From NCBI GenBank assembly GCA_963713825.1, contig CAVQNG010000014.1, positions 283,596 to 347,595 on the forward strand: a DNA stretch of 64,000 nucleotides, read 5' to 3'. The first letter of the stretch is position 1. Every line of letters begins with the position of its first letter. Source of the DNA: an uncultured Acidobacteriota bacterium (lineage in GTDB: Bacteria; Acidobacteriota; Thermoanaerobaculia; Multivoradales; JAHEKO01). Below, piece after piece: positions 46,297 to 55,506 of this stretch. The notes beneath the pieces are model-generated. The model was given only the letters and a program-made list of their open reading frames with translations. It had not been told where the DNA came from and did not search any database. Position numbers and translations under genes: made by a program.

Positions 46297-46851
46297 ATGA
46301 ACGATTCCAAGAAGCTCCCAGGCAAGCTCGAGGAGACGGACGATGGGCAGATTCTGTTCAGCGTGCCATTTCCTACGGCTCTTGACAGTGAAGCGTTGCA
46401 GTCCCTGAAAGGGATGCGCCCGATTATCGTCAAACAGCCCTACGCCATCGACTACATCCACTCCTACGGTCAGGACTCCCCATTCTTCGCTGGACTGGCC
46501 AGTCGCACGCTTCTGGGTTGCCGGGACCGGGAGAGCGGGTACACCTATCCCAATCCGCGAGGGCACGACATGTACACGGGTGAGCCCACGGATTGGGTAC
46601 AGCTGCCCGACCGCGGCAAGGTTCATGCCTTCACCGTCTGTCATTTCGGATCCGAGGCGTTTCTGCCGGAAACTCCTTTCGTGTTGGTCCTCGTGGAGTT
46701 CGAGGAAGCCGACACCCTGCTTCTTTCGAGGCTCGTGGGAGTCGATCCCCTCGCCGCCTCTCTCGACTGGATCGGCATGTCGATCAAGGCTCGCTATCTG
46801 CGCAATAGCAAGTTCAAGCCGACCGACATCTACTTCGTGCCGGTGGAGTAG
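46297..46851 (+). CDS. DUF35 / ChsH2-like OB-fold partner of the thiolase
   Basis: FFAGL...LLGC....G.TY.NPR, W..L...GKVHAFTV..PFVLVLVEF..IGM; 3 nt after the thiolase stop. Confidence 0.85.
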   Translation: MNDSKKLPGKLEETDDGQILFSVPFPTALDSEALQSLKGMRPIIVKQPYAIDYIHSYGQDSPFFAGLASRTLLGCRDRESGYTYPNPRGHDMYTGEPTDWVQLPDRGKVHAFTVCHFGSEAFLPETPFVLVLVEFEEADTLLLSRLVGVDPLAASLDWIGMSIKARYLRNSKFKPTDIYFVPVE

Positions 46852-46973
46852 GGGAGACTTCGTCGAGGTCGAGGTAGCCTTGCCAGATTGCAGTGGATCG
46901 ACCGCGGATCGGCGATCGGGTTACAATACGCTACCTTTTCGGCCAGCGGGACAGACTCGGTAGGAATCATAGA

Positions 46974-47654
46974 ATGGCGCCAAAGCGGCAACAGAAGAGA
47001 ACTCCACGACGGATCAACGTCCGCTTCATGAAGAAGGGAGAGGACGAGCACGCTGTCGGCTACACGAAGAACGTGTCGGCGGGAGGTCTCTTCATCGGCA
47101 CGATTCGCCCCCTACCTCCTGGGACCGAGATCGTTGTCGATATCAAGGAGGGCGAAAAGCTCCGTCAGCGGCCGGCTGTCGTTGTTCATGCAGCTCGCGT
47201 ATCGCCCCTTTTGGCCAGCGTCCAGACCTCTGGGATGGGTGTCCGATTTCTCGACGGGGAACAGACCGAGAAGGCTGTGCCGCAAGTTCAGGACAAAGCC
47301 GGGGAGAGCCCTGTTGAGTCGGTGGAGGAGGTCGCACAGCTTTCTGGAGAGGATGACGGCGAGCCCGACATCGAAGTGGATCTCACAGTAGTCGAGAGTT
47401 TTCGGGAGGCATTTCGGCGCGATATCCAACATGGCCTGATCTTCGTCCCGGGGCCGATTGCAGCATCGCCGGGTCAGGAGATTCGGGTCGGTGTCCTGGT
47501 GCCAGGGACCGATCGGGAGATTTCACTGAAAGCCCGTGTCGATCGAGAGACAATTTGCCGGAGCGAGGCCTACGGAGAGCTAGGCAAGAACGGATTCATG
47601 CTGGTCTTCCTGGAGTCCGACAAGGCCGTGAGCCGGCTGAGGACCTTCCTCTAG
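46974..47654 (+). CDS. PilZ-domain protein (intact N-terminal PilZ plus degenerate second PilZ)
   Basis: KRTPRR and NVSAGGLFI..GMGVRF; second domain DIQHGLIFV..LKARV. Confidence 0.8.
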   Translation: MAPKRQQKRTPRRINVRFMKKGEDEHAVGYTKNVSAGGLFIGTIRPLPPGTEIVVDIKEGEKLRQRPAVVVHAARVSPLLASVQTSGMGVRFLDGEQTEKAVPQVQDKAGESPVESVEEVAQLSGEDDGEPDIEVDLTVVESFREAFRRDIQHGLIFVPGPIAASPGQEIRVGVLVPGTDREISLKARVDRETICRSEAYGELGKNGFMLVFLESDKAVSRLRTFL

Positions 47655-47708
47655 AACGAAGAGGGCGACTTGGACGAGGTCGAGCGAGGATCTCGACATC
47701 TCGGCGAG

Positions 47709-47824
47709 TGTGGCAAATTCCGACGACTTCGACGCCACATTTTTGCCACAATAGTGCAGAAAAGGGGCGCTTGGAAGACCGTGGTGGGTCTTGGAGCGTC
47801 GATTTTGATGGCACAGATCGTGCT
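47709..47824 (+). promoter_or_regulatory. Sigma54 promoter with an upstream enhancer dyad
   Basis: TGGCAC-AGATC-GTGCT at 47809-47824 (GG-N10-GC); TGTGGCAAA...TTTGCCACA inverted repeat at 47709-47750. Confidence 0.65.
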
Positions 47825-47907
47825 TTATAGAGTTCAACCAGTGCGCCGCGAGCCGGCTCGTTGCATCGGAGCTGCGCTTGAATAGAGAGGCTTCAGACCT
47901 CGAGGTC

Positions 47908-49161
47908 ATGACCATGGACACGACAGACCTTCTAATGAAGGACGACCAGGGCAGGGTAATTCGCGTCGTCGGCAAGGAGCGTGACGGAGACGTGCCCCTG
48001 GCGGGCGCCTACCGCATCGTCGTCAGCTCACCTGAGATTCTCATTCTGCAACGAATGACGGAGGATTCTGTCTGCCACTCCCAGGGGCATGTGCTGATGG
48101 CTGGGGAGATTGTTGCTCACACCACGGTGCTCGATATCATCAACGTAATCTCGGCTTCCCGCTGGGCCGGCAACCTGCACATCTATGGGCGTGACTCGCA
48201 TCGGGTTCTGTCGTTCGACAAAGGGGCCCTGCAGCATGCTTCGAGCGACCATCCCGATGACCGACTGAACAAGGTCCTGGTTCGCATGGGAATCCTCACG
48301 GCCTCGCAGGTCGAATCGGTCATGAGGGACCTCGAGCCACCCATGCGACTCGGCAAGCTCCTCGTAGAGCGGGGATACATCAGTCGGCAACAGCTCTTCG
48401 ACCTGCTCAACAAGCAGACTGAGGAGATCTTCTTTTCGGCCATCCTGGAGACGAAAGGCAGCTATCTCTTTATCGTCGGCGACGGTACCCAGATCAATCC
48501 GAGCACGATCGCTCACATTCCGGTGCAGGAACTGCTGCTACGGGGTGCCGAACGCCTGGATAGCCTGAAGCAGTTTGAAAGCCTGGTGCCGGACATCGAG
48601 CTTTGTCCGGAGCTGCAGGCCGGTGTCGAAGTGACGCAACTCGATCCGAAGACTCGTCTTGTCCTCGCCCTCAGCAATGGTCAACGGTCACTGCGGGAGA
48701 TCGCCAGTGAGACCTGGTTGGGCAAGTTCGAAACGATGAAGATCACGAAGGAGCTGGTCCGAAAAGGTCATGTGCGCCTCAAGCCGAGAACACCTTCGAC
48801 CCAGGAGGAAGCCCGCCGGCTCGTAGGCACATTCGACGAGCTCCTGCGATACATCTTCAACGTCGTCGAACAGCACGGCAGTGTGGTTCAGACCCGGGAG
48901 GAAATCAACCGTTGGTTGGAGCGTAGTGGTCGATTCGACCTGCTACCTTATGGCATCAACGAGGATGGCTCCATCGAGCTGGATCCGAAGGACCTGATGT
49001 CCCAGGTCGGTAACGACCAGCAGCTGGTCAAGACGATTCGGGACACTCTCTACGAGTTGACGTCTTTTGCACTGTTTGCGGCTTCGCTCTCGATGCCAGT
49101 CGAGGAGGAGCTGAACCTCTCGCAGGACGTCTATCGGCGTCTACACTCACTGGACTTCTGA
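47908..49161 (+). CDS. DUF4388 protein with an MshEN-type motif and wHTH-like segment
   Basis: MAGEI..DIIN..WAGNL, RLNKVLVRMG, RLGKLLVERGYISRQQLFDLLNKQ, NGQRSLREIA. Confidence 0.8.
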   Translation: MTMDTTDLLMKDDQGRVIRVVGKERDGDVPLAGAYRIVVSSPEILILQRMTEDSVCHSQGHVLMAGEIVAHTTVLDIINVISASRWAGNLHIYGRDSHRVLSFDKGALQHASSDHPDDRLNKVLVRMGILTASQVESVMRDLEPPMRLGKLLVERGYISRQQLFDLLNKQTEEIFFSAILETKGSYLFIVGDGTQINPSTIAHIPVQELLLRGAERLDSLKQFESLVPDIELCPELQAGVEVTQLDPKTRLVLALSNGQRSLREIASETWLGKFETMKITKELVRKGHVRLKPRTPSTQEEARRLVGTFDELLRYIFNVVEQHGSVVQTREEINRWLERSGRFDLLPYGINEDGSIELDPKDLMSQVGNDQQLVKTIRDTLYELTSFALFAASLSMPVEEELNLSQDVYRRLHSLDF

Positions 49162-49173
49162 GTCTTCAGGAGC

Positions 49174-50082
49174 TCAAGCCCCATTACGGGAGTCATCGCG
49201 CTTCCCGGAATCGGTCTTTTGTCGCAGTATCAGGCTCGACATCGAGTCTTCCAGCAGTCGGCCAGCCCGGCGCAGTAGATCCAGATCCTCGTCCGTAAGC
49301 TCTGTGAGCCCAGTGTCCGCGTAGAGGACGGTAACCATCCGCTGCCCGATACGGATTGGTATCAGTACGCACTCCTGCTCCCGGGTGCCATTCCAACATT
49401 GAACGAGATCGTCATGGAGGCGCATGGCAGGCAGAATGCCGCGGAAGAAGCTGCCACCCTCGCGCATGTGCAGAAACAGAGACGGCTCATCGAAGCTGAG
49501 CTCGAGGCTCTGCAACCTCAGCGGTCTCAGAGTTCTTCCTCTGCCCATCCAAGCTCGCAAGCTCGCGGCGTGACACCTCAGCAGCACGAGTCTTTCGAAC
49601 AGGGGCTCGAGAATATCCAAGAGACCCTCGGCGGCAACATGGATGGTCTCTGCTTCGGCGAGAGTGGTTCGGGCGACGGCCAACCGATCGACCGACCGAC
49701 CGGGAGTCGGAGATACGACAACCTCTGTCGGCCAAGGATCCCGTCGCTCACGACTGCGAACCCGCTCGAAAGCGACGCCAGCTTGATAGCGCGTCCGGTC
49801 TCGGACCGCCTCGTCTCGCCTGGAGTTGTCTTGGGTGCTGCTCCATCTCACCACGCCCTCGACAACCAGTGAGTTGCCTTCCTGCCAGAGCTCGAAGAGG
49901 TAGGTTCCACCTACGCTCAGCGGGTGTTGGCTGAGAACCGACATCCCCCGCCGACTCAAATTGACAATGTCCAAGTCACCATCGAAAGGCGAGGCAGAGA
50001 TGTGAGGCGCCGGGATTCTGGGGTGCAGACGTCGCTCTCGGGAGCTGTGCCGGCTTCTCGCCGATATGGGGCTGACGGTCAT
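49174..50082 (-). CDS. PilZ + GAF-like domain protein
   Basis: ERRLHPR, NLSRRG, GVVRW, AGVAF; C-terminal LIPIRIGQRMVTVLYAD. Confidence 0.75.
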   Translation of the reverse strand: MTVSPISARSRHSSRERRLHPRIPAPHISASPFDGDLDIVNLSRRGMSVLSQHPLSVGGTYLFELWQEGNSLVVEGVVRWSSTQDNSRRDEAVRDRTRYQAGVAFERVRSRERRDPWPTEVVVSPTPGRSVDRLAVARTTLAEAETIHVAAEGLLDILEPLFERLVLLRCHAASLRAWMGRGRTLRPLRLQSLELSFDEPSLFLHMREGGSFFRGILPAMRLHDDLVQCWNGTREQECVLIPIRIGQRMVTVLYADTGLTELTDEDLDLLRRAGRLLEDSMSSLILRQKTDSGKRDDSRNGA

Positions 50083-50175
50083 GGCTCGGTCTTCGGGTCG
50101 ATGAGAGTTCGCAGGACATAGTTTACACCGGGGTTGGTGTCTCGTTTCTGAACCAGGCCAATGTAGACTCGGTGG

Positions 50176-50907
50176 GTGATCCCGCGACTCGTTCTTCTTG
50201 GCACTGGCACCTGCAATCTCGATTCGAAGCGGGCTGGGTCGGCCGTCCTGATCGAGTTGCCGGGGTCGAGAGTCGTCTTCGATTTTGGCCGTGGTGTGGC
50301 GGCGCGCGTCGCCAGGATGGGCTTCGTACAGGACGACATCGAGAATGTCGTGTTATCGCACTTTCACCCCGATCATCTGTCGGATCTGGTGCCCTTCATT
50401 CACGCCGGCCTCTATTCGACCGTCGACCCGCGAACCCGGGACCTTTGTATCTTCGGACCCGCCGGAGTCCATGAAATGGTTGCCCGACTTCTTTCGATCG
50501 TCGGTTTTCCCGATCCGATCGATGCACCTTTCCGAGTGGTGGTCCGGGAAGTCGAAGACCGTTTGCGGGCTGGTGACCTCGAGGGGAGCTACACACGCTT
50601 GCCGCCAGCTGGGAACCATGGCTTTAGGTTCGACTATCGAGGCAGGTCCTATGCTGTGACGGGCGACTCGCATTTTCATCAGGAGGAGATCGAGTTCGTG
50701 CGGGACGCGGATCTTGCCATCATCGATGCGGGCCACCTTTCGGATGACGAGCTCGTGGAGTTGGCCGTCGCCAGTGCGCCGAGAATCCTGATCTGCTCCC
50801 ACCTTTATCGAGACCTGGATCTCGAGTGTTTGCAAGGACAGGCGCGCACCAGGGGTTTCGCAGGGCGGATCCTGATAGGACGGGACGGTATGACCTTTGC
50901 CCTGTAG
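50176..50907 (+). CDS. MBL-fold metallohydrolase (RNase Z/AtsA-like)
   Basis: LGTG, FDFGRG, SHFHPDH, TGDS, GHL, SHLY. Confidence 0.88.
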   Translation: MIPRLVLLGTGTCNLDSKRAGSAVLIELPGSRVVFDFGRGVAARVARMGFVQDDIENVVLSHFHPDHLSDLVPFIHAGLYSTVDPRTRDLCIFGPAGVHEMVARLLSIVGFPDPIDAPFRVVVREVEDRLRAGDLEGSYTRLPPAGNHGFRFDYRGRSYAVTGDSHFHQEEIEFVRDADLAIIDAGHLSDDELVELAVASAPRILICSHLYRDLDLECLQGQARTRGFAGRILIGRDGMTFAL

Positions 50908-50978
50908 GCCCGTCGCCCAGCTCGTCAAGTCGAGCGGCATGACGTACAATGTCGTGTCCCAGCGCAGTGAGAAACTCG

Positions 50979-52331
50979 ATGCTCGACACTCTGCAGCAAC
51001 CGAAGACCCTGCCTCATAGCGACGAGTCCGAGCGCGCTGTTCTAGCTGGCGCTTTGCTGGACCCAGCTCTCCTGCCGACGGTTTCGGGTCGACTCGTACC
51101 GGATGACTTCTACTCCGATCGGCACCGCACTCTCTTTCGAACGATGCTGGAATTGCAGGACGAGCATGTGGAGCTCGACATCAGGACCTTGCAGGCCAGT
51201 CTCGAGCAACAGGATCGGCTGACCGCGGTCGGAGGAGTCGCCTACCTGGCAAGCCTCGACCTGGATCTTCCGGATCTGAGTCGGATGGACTCCTACGTCG
51301 AGATCGTCAAGGAGAGATCGATCCGGCGGCGCCTTATCGAGGCGTGCGGGGAGATTACACGGAATTGCCTGGATGGTGGATTTCAGGCCCAGGAGGCCCT
51401 GGGCCGAGCCGAGCAGGCCATCCTTGGCCTCGGAGAAGAGGCTGTCCAGAAGGGATTCATTCGGCTCTCGCAGATCTTCCACGAGACCCTTGCTGATCTG
51501 GAGGAGAGGCCCTCCAAAGGTTTCATAGGGGTACCTACGGGGTATACGGATCTGGACGGCATGACTCGAGGGCTGAATCCTGGCAATTTGGTGATCATTG
51601 CCGGTCGACCGGGAATGGGCAAGACGAGTCTGGCACTCAACATCGCAGAGCATGCAGCCATTCGAGAGCAGCGCCCCGTAGGGGTCTTCTCTCTCGAAAT
51701 GAGTCAGGAAGAGCTGGCCCTCAGGATTCTCTCTTCGGAGGTGGATGTGCCCTTCGGGCCCTTGCGGTCGGGACATCTCTCGCAGAAGCAATGGAGCAAG
51801 GTGATCCAGGCCGTGAAGACGGTCTCCAAGGCACCTCTCTTCATTGATGACTCCGCCAATCCTTCACTCCTGGAGATCGCCTCCAAAGCGCGCCGACTGA
51901 AGGCGGAGCACGGACTGGAGTTGATTATTCTCGACTACCTACAGCTCATGCAGGCCGGCGGCAGATATGAAAGCAGGAACCTGGAGATCGCTGCCATCAC
52001 CCGGGGCCTGAAACAGTTGGCCAAAGAGATCAGTGTTCCCGTCGTGGCGCTCTCTCAGCTCTCTCGGCAGCCCGAGCGACGGAGCGGGGACCACCGGCCG
52101 CAGCTGGCAGATCTGCGGGAGTCGGGATCGATTGAACAAGATGCCGATTTGGTGATGTTCATCTATCGGGACGAGATGTACGATCAGGACTCGCCGGACA
52201 AGGGGATCGCCGAGTTGATCCTCGCCAAGCATCGCAACGGGCAGACCGGCACCGTCAAGATGGTCTTCCTGAGTGAGACCACGAAGTTCTGCAACCTGGC
52301 CTCCCACGATGGCGGTCAGCCGCCGTTCTAG
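50979..52331 (+). CDS. dnaB: Replicative DNA helicase DnaB
   Basis: AGRPGMGKT, FSLEM, DYLQL, LSQLSR, LADLRESGSIEQDAD, AKHRNG; TACAAT at 50945 favours the ATG 50979 start. Confidence 0.97.
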   Translation: MLDTLQQPKTLPHSDESERAVLAGALLDPALLPTVSGRLVPDDFYSDRHRTLFRTMLELQDEHVELDIRTLQASLEQQDRLTAVGGVAYLASLDLDLPDLSRMDSYVEIVKERSIRRRLIEACGEITRNCLDGGFQAQEALGRAEQAILGLGEEAVQKGFIRLSQIFHETLADLEERPSKGFIGVPTGYTDLDGMTRGLNPGNLVIIAGRPGMGKTSLALNIAEHAAIREQRPVGVFSLEMSQEELALRILSSEVDVPFGPLRSGHLSQKQWSKVIQAVKTVSKAPLFIDDSANPSLLEIASKARRLKAEHGLELIILDYLQLMQAGGRYESRNLEIAAITRGLKQLAKEISVPVVALSQLSRQPERRSGDHRPQLADLRESGSIEQDADLVMFIYRDEMYDQDSPDKGIAELILAKHRNGQTGTVKMVFLSETTKFCNLASHDGGQPPF

Positions 52332-52386
52332 ACAGCGACGCAGCTTCGAAGTCGGCAGATTCAGGAGATTTGCCAGCGCCCGCTCT

Positions 52387-53280
52387 TCAGAGAACGGGAT
52401 CCCGACCAGTCAGTCTCCGAAAAGCCTCGAGATAGCGATCGAGAGTTCCTTGTACCACCTCCGGCGGTAGCTCGGGAGGTGCGGAATTGCGGTCCCATCC
52501 AGAATCGTCCAACCAGTTCCTCACGTACTGCTTGTCGAACGAGACCGGCTCGACGCCTGGTGTCCAGGAGTCTGCTTCCCAGAACCGGGACGAGTCTGGA
52601 GTCAGGACCTCGTCGATCAGGGTGAGTTGACCTGCCGAGTGTCCGAACTCGAACTTGGTATCAGCCAGTATGAGGCCGCAGGAGGCCGAGTGATCGGCTC
52701 CCATTGAGTAGACAGCGAGGGTAATCTCCCTGAGCTGCTTTGCCAATTCGTCACCGACACCAGCCGCCATGATCTCGTAGGAGACATTCTCATCATGCCC
52801 GGATTCAGCCTTGGTGGCCGGCGTGAAGATAGCCTCCGGCAGTTTGTCGGCACGCTGCAAACCCTCCGGTAGAGGGATTCCACAGACGGATCGACTGTCG
52901 GTGTACTCGCGGAAGCCGCTGCCTGCAAGGTAGCCGCGCGCGACACACTCGAATGGGACGACCGCGGCTTTCTTCACGAGAACTGACCGTCCATCGAGCA
53001 TCTCGGCATAGGCCGCAAGCTCCGCTGGGTAGTCCCCAACGTCGGTCGCGACCAGATGGTTCGGAACGACAGCCTGGAATTTCTGGAACCAGAAATTGCT
53101 CAGCTGGGTGAGGATCTTGCCTTTGCCGGGAATGCCGGGTTGCAGTACGTGGTCGTAGGCGGAGATGCGATCGCAGGCGACGATCAGGAGGAGATCGCCA
53201 AGGTCGTACACGTCTCGCACCTTGCCTCGCTTTGGTGGTGGCAGATCGGGAATCTCGGTTTTCCAAACGGTCTGTGACAT
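52387..53280 (-). CDS. purC: SAICAR synthetase
   Basis: GKVRDVY, DRISAYD, ECVARGY, ADTKFEFG, DEVLTPDSSRFW, FDKQYVR. Confidence 0.97.
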   Translation of the reverse strand: MSQTVWKTEIPDLPPPKRGKVRDVYDLGDLLLIVACDRISAYDHVLQPGIPGKGKILTQLSNFWFQKFQAVVPNHLVATDVGDYPAELAAYAEMLDGRSVLVKKAAVVPFECVARGYLAGSGFREYTDSRSVCGIPLPEGLQRADKLPEAIFTPATKAESGHDENVSYEIMAAGVGDELAKQLREITLAVYSMGADHSASCGLILADTKFEFGHSAGQLTLIDEVLTPDSSRFWEADSWTPGVEPVSFDKQYVRNWLDDSGWDRNSAPPELPPEVVQGTLDRYLEAFRRLTGRDPVL

Positions 53281-53326
53281 CTCGGTTGGCTCCTTCTGGT
53301 TCATTCTCTGTGGTCGCGAATTCGAG

Positions 53327-54556
53327 TCAGGCGGGCTTCGAGGACCCGAGCGGTGCCCCAAAACCACCCTCCAGGCTGTCCAGGAGACTGCCTGTGGCTC
53401 GTTTCTCTGATTGGAATGGCAGATCCTGCCAGGACTCGCCATCGACGACTTCATAGAGCAGGGCCTTTTCGAGGCCTTTCAAGTTGGCGTTGCCGAGCTC
53501 GCGGATCCCCACGAGAAGCTCCTGATTTCCGACGGGCACCTTGAGAACCAGGTACTCGCGCTTATCTTCGCGCAGGCGGTACAACGGCTCGACCATTCCC
53601 GAGTTCGACAACTCCGAGATGAACTGCTCGGTCGCTGCGATGCCTTCGTTGACAAGAGCGCCATGCTTGTCGATGTAGCAGTAGAACTGTCGAGCCTCTT
53701 CCCCTTTGTCCACGAGATCGACGTTCTGCCGCTCGAGAGGGGCGAAGAAGCGCTCGACCTCCTGCTGTGGATAGCCCAGACCCAGCAACAGGGTCTTGAT
53801 GTCATCGATCTCACGCGTCGCTTTACCAGTGGCGAGCCGGGACAGCTCGACAATACCGTGGCCGAAGAACTCGTACCGATGTGATTTGCCCTGGACGCCC
53901 TCTTCGATCGGCAGCAGGCGGTACTCACCATGGTTCAGGCCGATGCGCATCCCACGATCGAAAGGAAATCCTTCGTCGAGAGCCCGCTTGTAGTAACGCT
54001 GCAGTTGAACGGCCATGAAAAGGAGGATGTGAGGATGCCGCCCGGAGTACAGAGCGCCATCCCCGAGGTACTTTTCGAGCTGGAGGCGATGCGCTCGGGC
54101 CATTTGGTTGATCCGACGCTGGAAGCGGAAGATACTGCGGTACGACTGATCCTGGTCTTCCGATCCGGAGCGTCCGAGCACAGACACGATGGAGGAGAAG
54201 TCGGTGATGTCATAGATCAGCCCGTATCGACGAACCAATGGGTCGATCACCCAGGAGGTGGAAAAATCAAGGGGGCGGGTGCTGTCGGAGAGAACCAGGG
54301 TGCGGCCAAGACGCCCGCCAGAAGCGGGCTTGGGGGCATCGCAGGACAACCGAGGTCCTTCGGCCTTGACGGGTATCACCAGGCGACGTAGCGCAGCCAG
54401 AATCTCGAACTCCTTGAGCTTGCGAAGGAGGTTCTCCCAGATCTCGACCTGCTGCGGGCTCAACAGGGATCTTTCGTTGTACGACGGGTGCTGCGAGAGG
54501 AAACGAACCCAACCCGACTCACCGAGTAGGCTGCGGGCACTAGGGCGTGTGGTCAT
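53327..54556 (-). CDS. Divergent class III nucleotidyl-cyclase-domain protein (C-terminal part of a probably single frameshifted gene)
   Basis: IYDITDFS, EKYLGDG, MRIGLNHG, YEFFGHGIVELSRL. Confidence 0.65.
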   Translation of the reverse strand: MTTRPSARSLLGESGWVRFLSQHPSYNERSLLSPQQVEIWENLLRKLKEFEILAALRRLVIPVKAEGPRLSCDAPKPASGGRLGRTLVLSDSTRPLDFSTSWVIDPLVRRYGLIYDITDFSSIVSVLGRSGSEDQDQSYRSIFRFQRRINQMARAHRLQLEKYLGDGALYSGRHPHILLFMAVQLQRYYKRALDEGFPFDRGMRIGLNHGEYRLLPIEEGVQGKSHRYEFFGHGIVELSRLATGKATREIDDIKTLLLGLGYPQQEVERFFAPLERQNVDLVDKGEEARQFYCYIDKHGALVNEGIAATEQFISELSNSGMVEPLYRLREDKREYLVLKVPVGNQELLVGIRELGNANLKGLEKALLYEVVDGESWQDLPFQSEKRATGSLLDSLEGGFGAPLGSSKPA

Positions 54557-55364
54557 GTCCGATCAGGTTTCGCGCCGCCGCTCCGACACTCTCGTCCTTC
54601 CGAAGCTTCTCTTCGCACCAGCCTTCCAACATCGACAAGCGGCCGCGGAAGTCCTTGCCGTCGAAGCGCAAGTGCCCCCGGAAGTAGCTGTCGAGCTCGG
54701 ACAGATCGCGGCTGACGTGATCCTCGGTCAGGCTCATCACGTTGTCACGCATCCGGATCAGAAGCGCCGGGAACAGCTCCCGCTCGTCCTCCTCGGCCTC
54801 CTCGGCGATGCGATGGACGACGTCGAAGGTCAGGGTCAGGACCCGATCCAGAAAGCGTTCGAACGTTCGGTACTTGACGAGGTCGCCATGCGACTTACCA
54901 AGAGTCAGGTCTTGACGCATGGCACGTCTGGGGGACTCCCTGAAGCAACGAGCCACCGCCGAGGAGTGGAAGAGCCAGAAGATGCTGGGCAGTTTGCGCC
55001 CAAAGCTCGAGCGGACGGCATTCTCGGTTGCGGCCTCGAGAAGAGCGCCGTATTGGCCCCACGCTTCCTCGACAGCCTTCTGGTTGCCGGGCCGGCGTGT
55101 CAGGGCTGCTATCTGACGAGCTTCCTCAGCCGTAACGTAGTGAGCCAGCGCCTGGTCCAGTCCAATGGTCAGTGAATTGACGAGGACGGGGAAGCCGTGC
55201 AATGGCGTAGCTTCTTCTTCCTCCAGGAAGATCCTTTGAGGAATCGGCAGGAACCGATCTGGATTCGGGACGACCTCATGCAGTTCGAGCGCAGTGGCCC
55301 GAAAGAAGTTGAAGGGACCGGGAAAGAGGCGGTGGAAAGAGTTCTTGTCGAGCATCTTCGGCAA
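54540..55364 (-). CDS. Hypothetical helical protein; probable N-terminal part of the cyclase-like gene
   Basis: Overlaps the next ORF by 17 nt; deleting one C in ACGCCCTAG gives continuous ...GHDHTPSARSLL... Confidence 0.65.
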   Translation of the reverse strand: MPKMLDKNSFHRLFPGPFNFFRATALELHEVVPNPDRFLPIPQRIFLEEEEATPLHGFPVLVNSLTIGLDQALAHYVTAEEARQIAALTRRPGNQKAVEEAWGQYGALLEAATENAVRSSFGRKLPSIFWLFHSSAVARCFRESPRRAMRQDLTLGKSHGDLVKYRTFERFLDRVLTLTFDVVHRIAEEAEEDERELFPALLIRMRDNVMSLTEDHVSRDLSELDSYFRGHLRFDGKDFRGRLSMLEGWCEEKLRKDESVGAAARNLIGHDHTP

Positions 55365-55506
55365 GTGCGGCGGCTCCCAATGGTAGCAGGAGTCCGACCC
55401 GATCAGAATCCCGTCAACGGACGGGTGCAGTGGAAACTACGGGCGATTGTTCAGTTGCTAGAATGGGGGCGGCCGGAAACCAGGATTACAGGTAAGGAGG
55501 TAAGAC

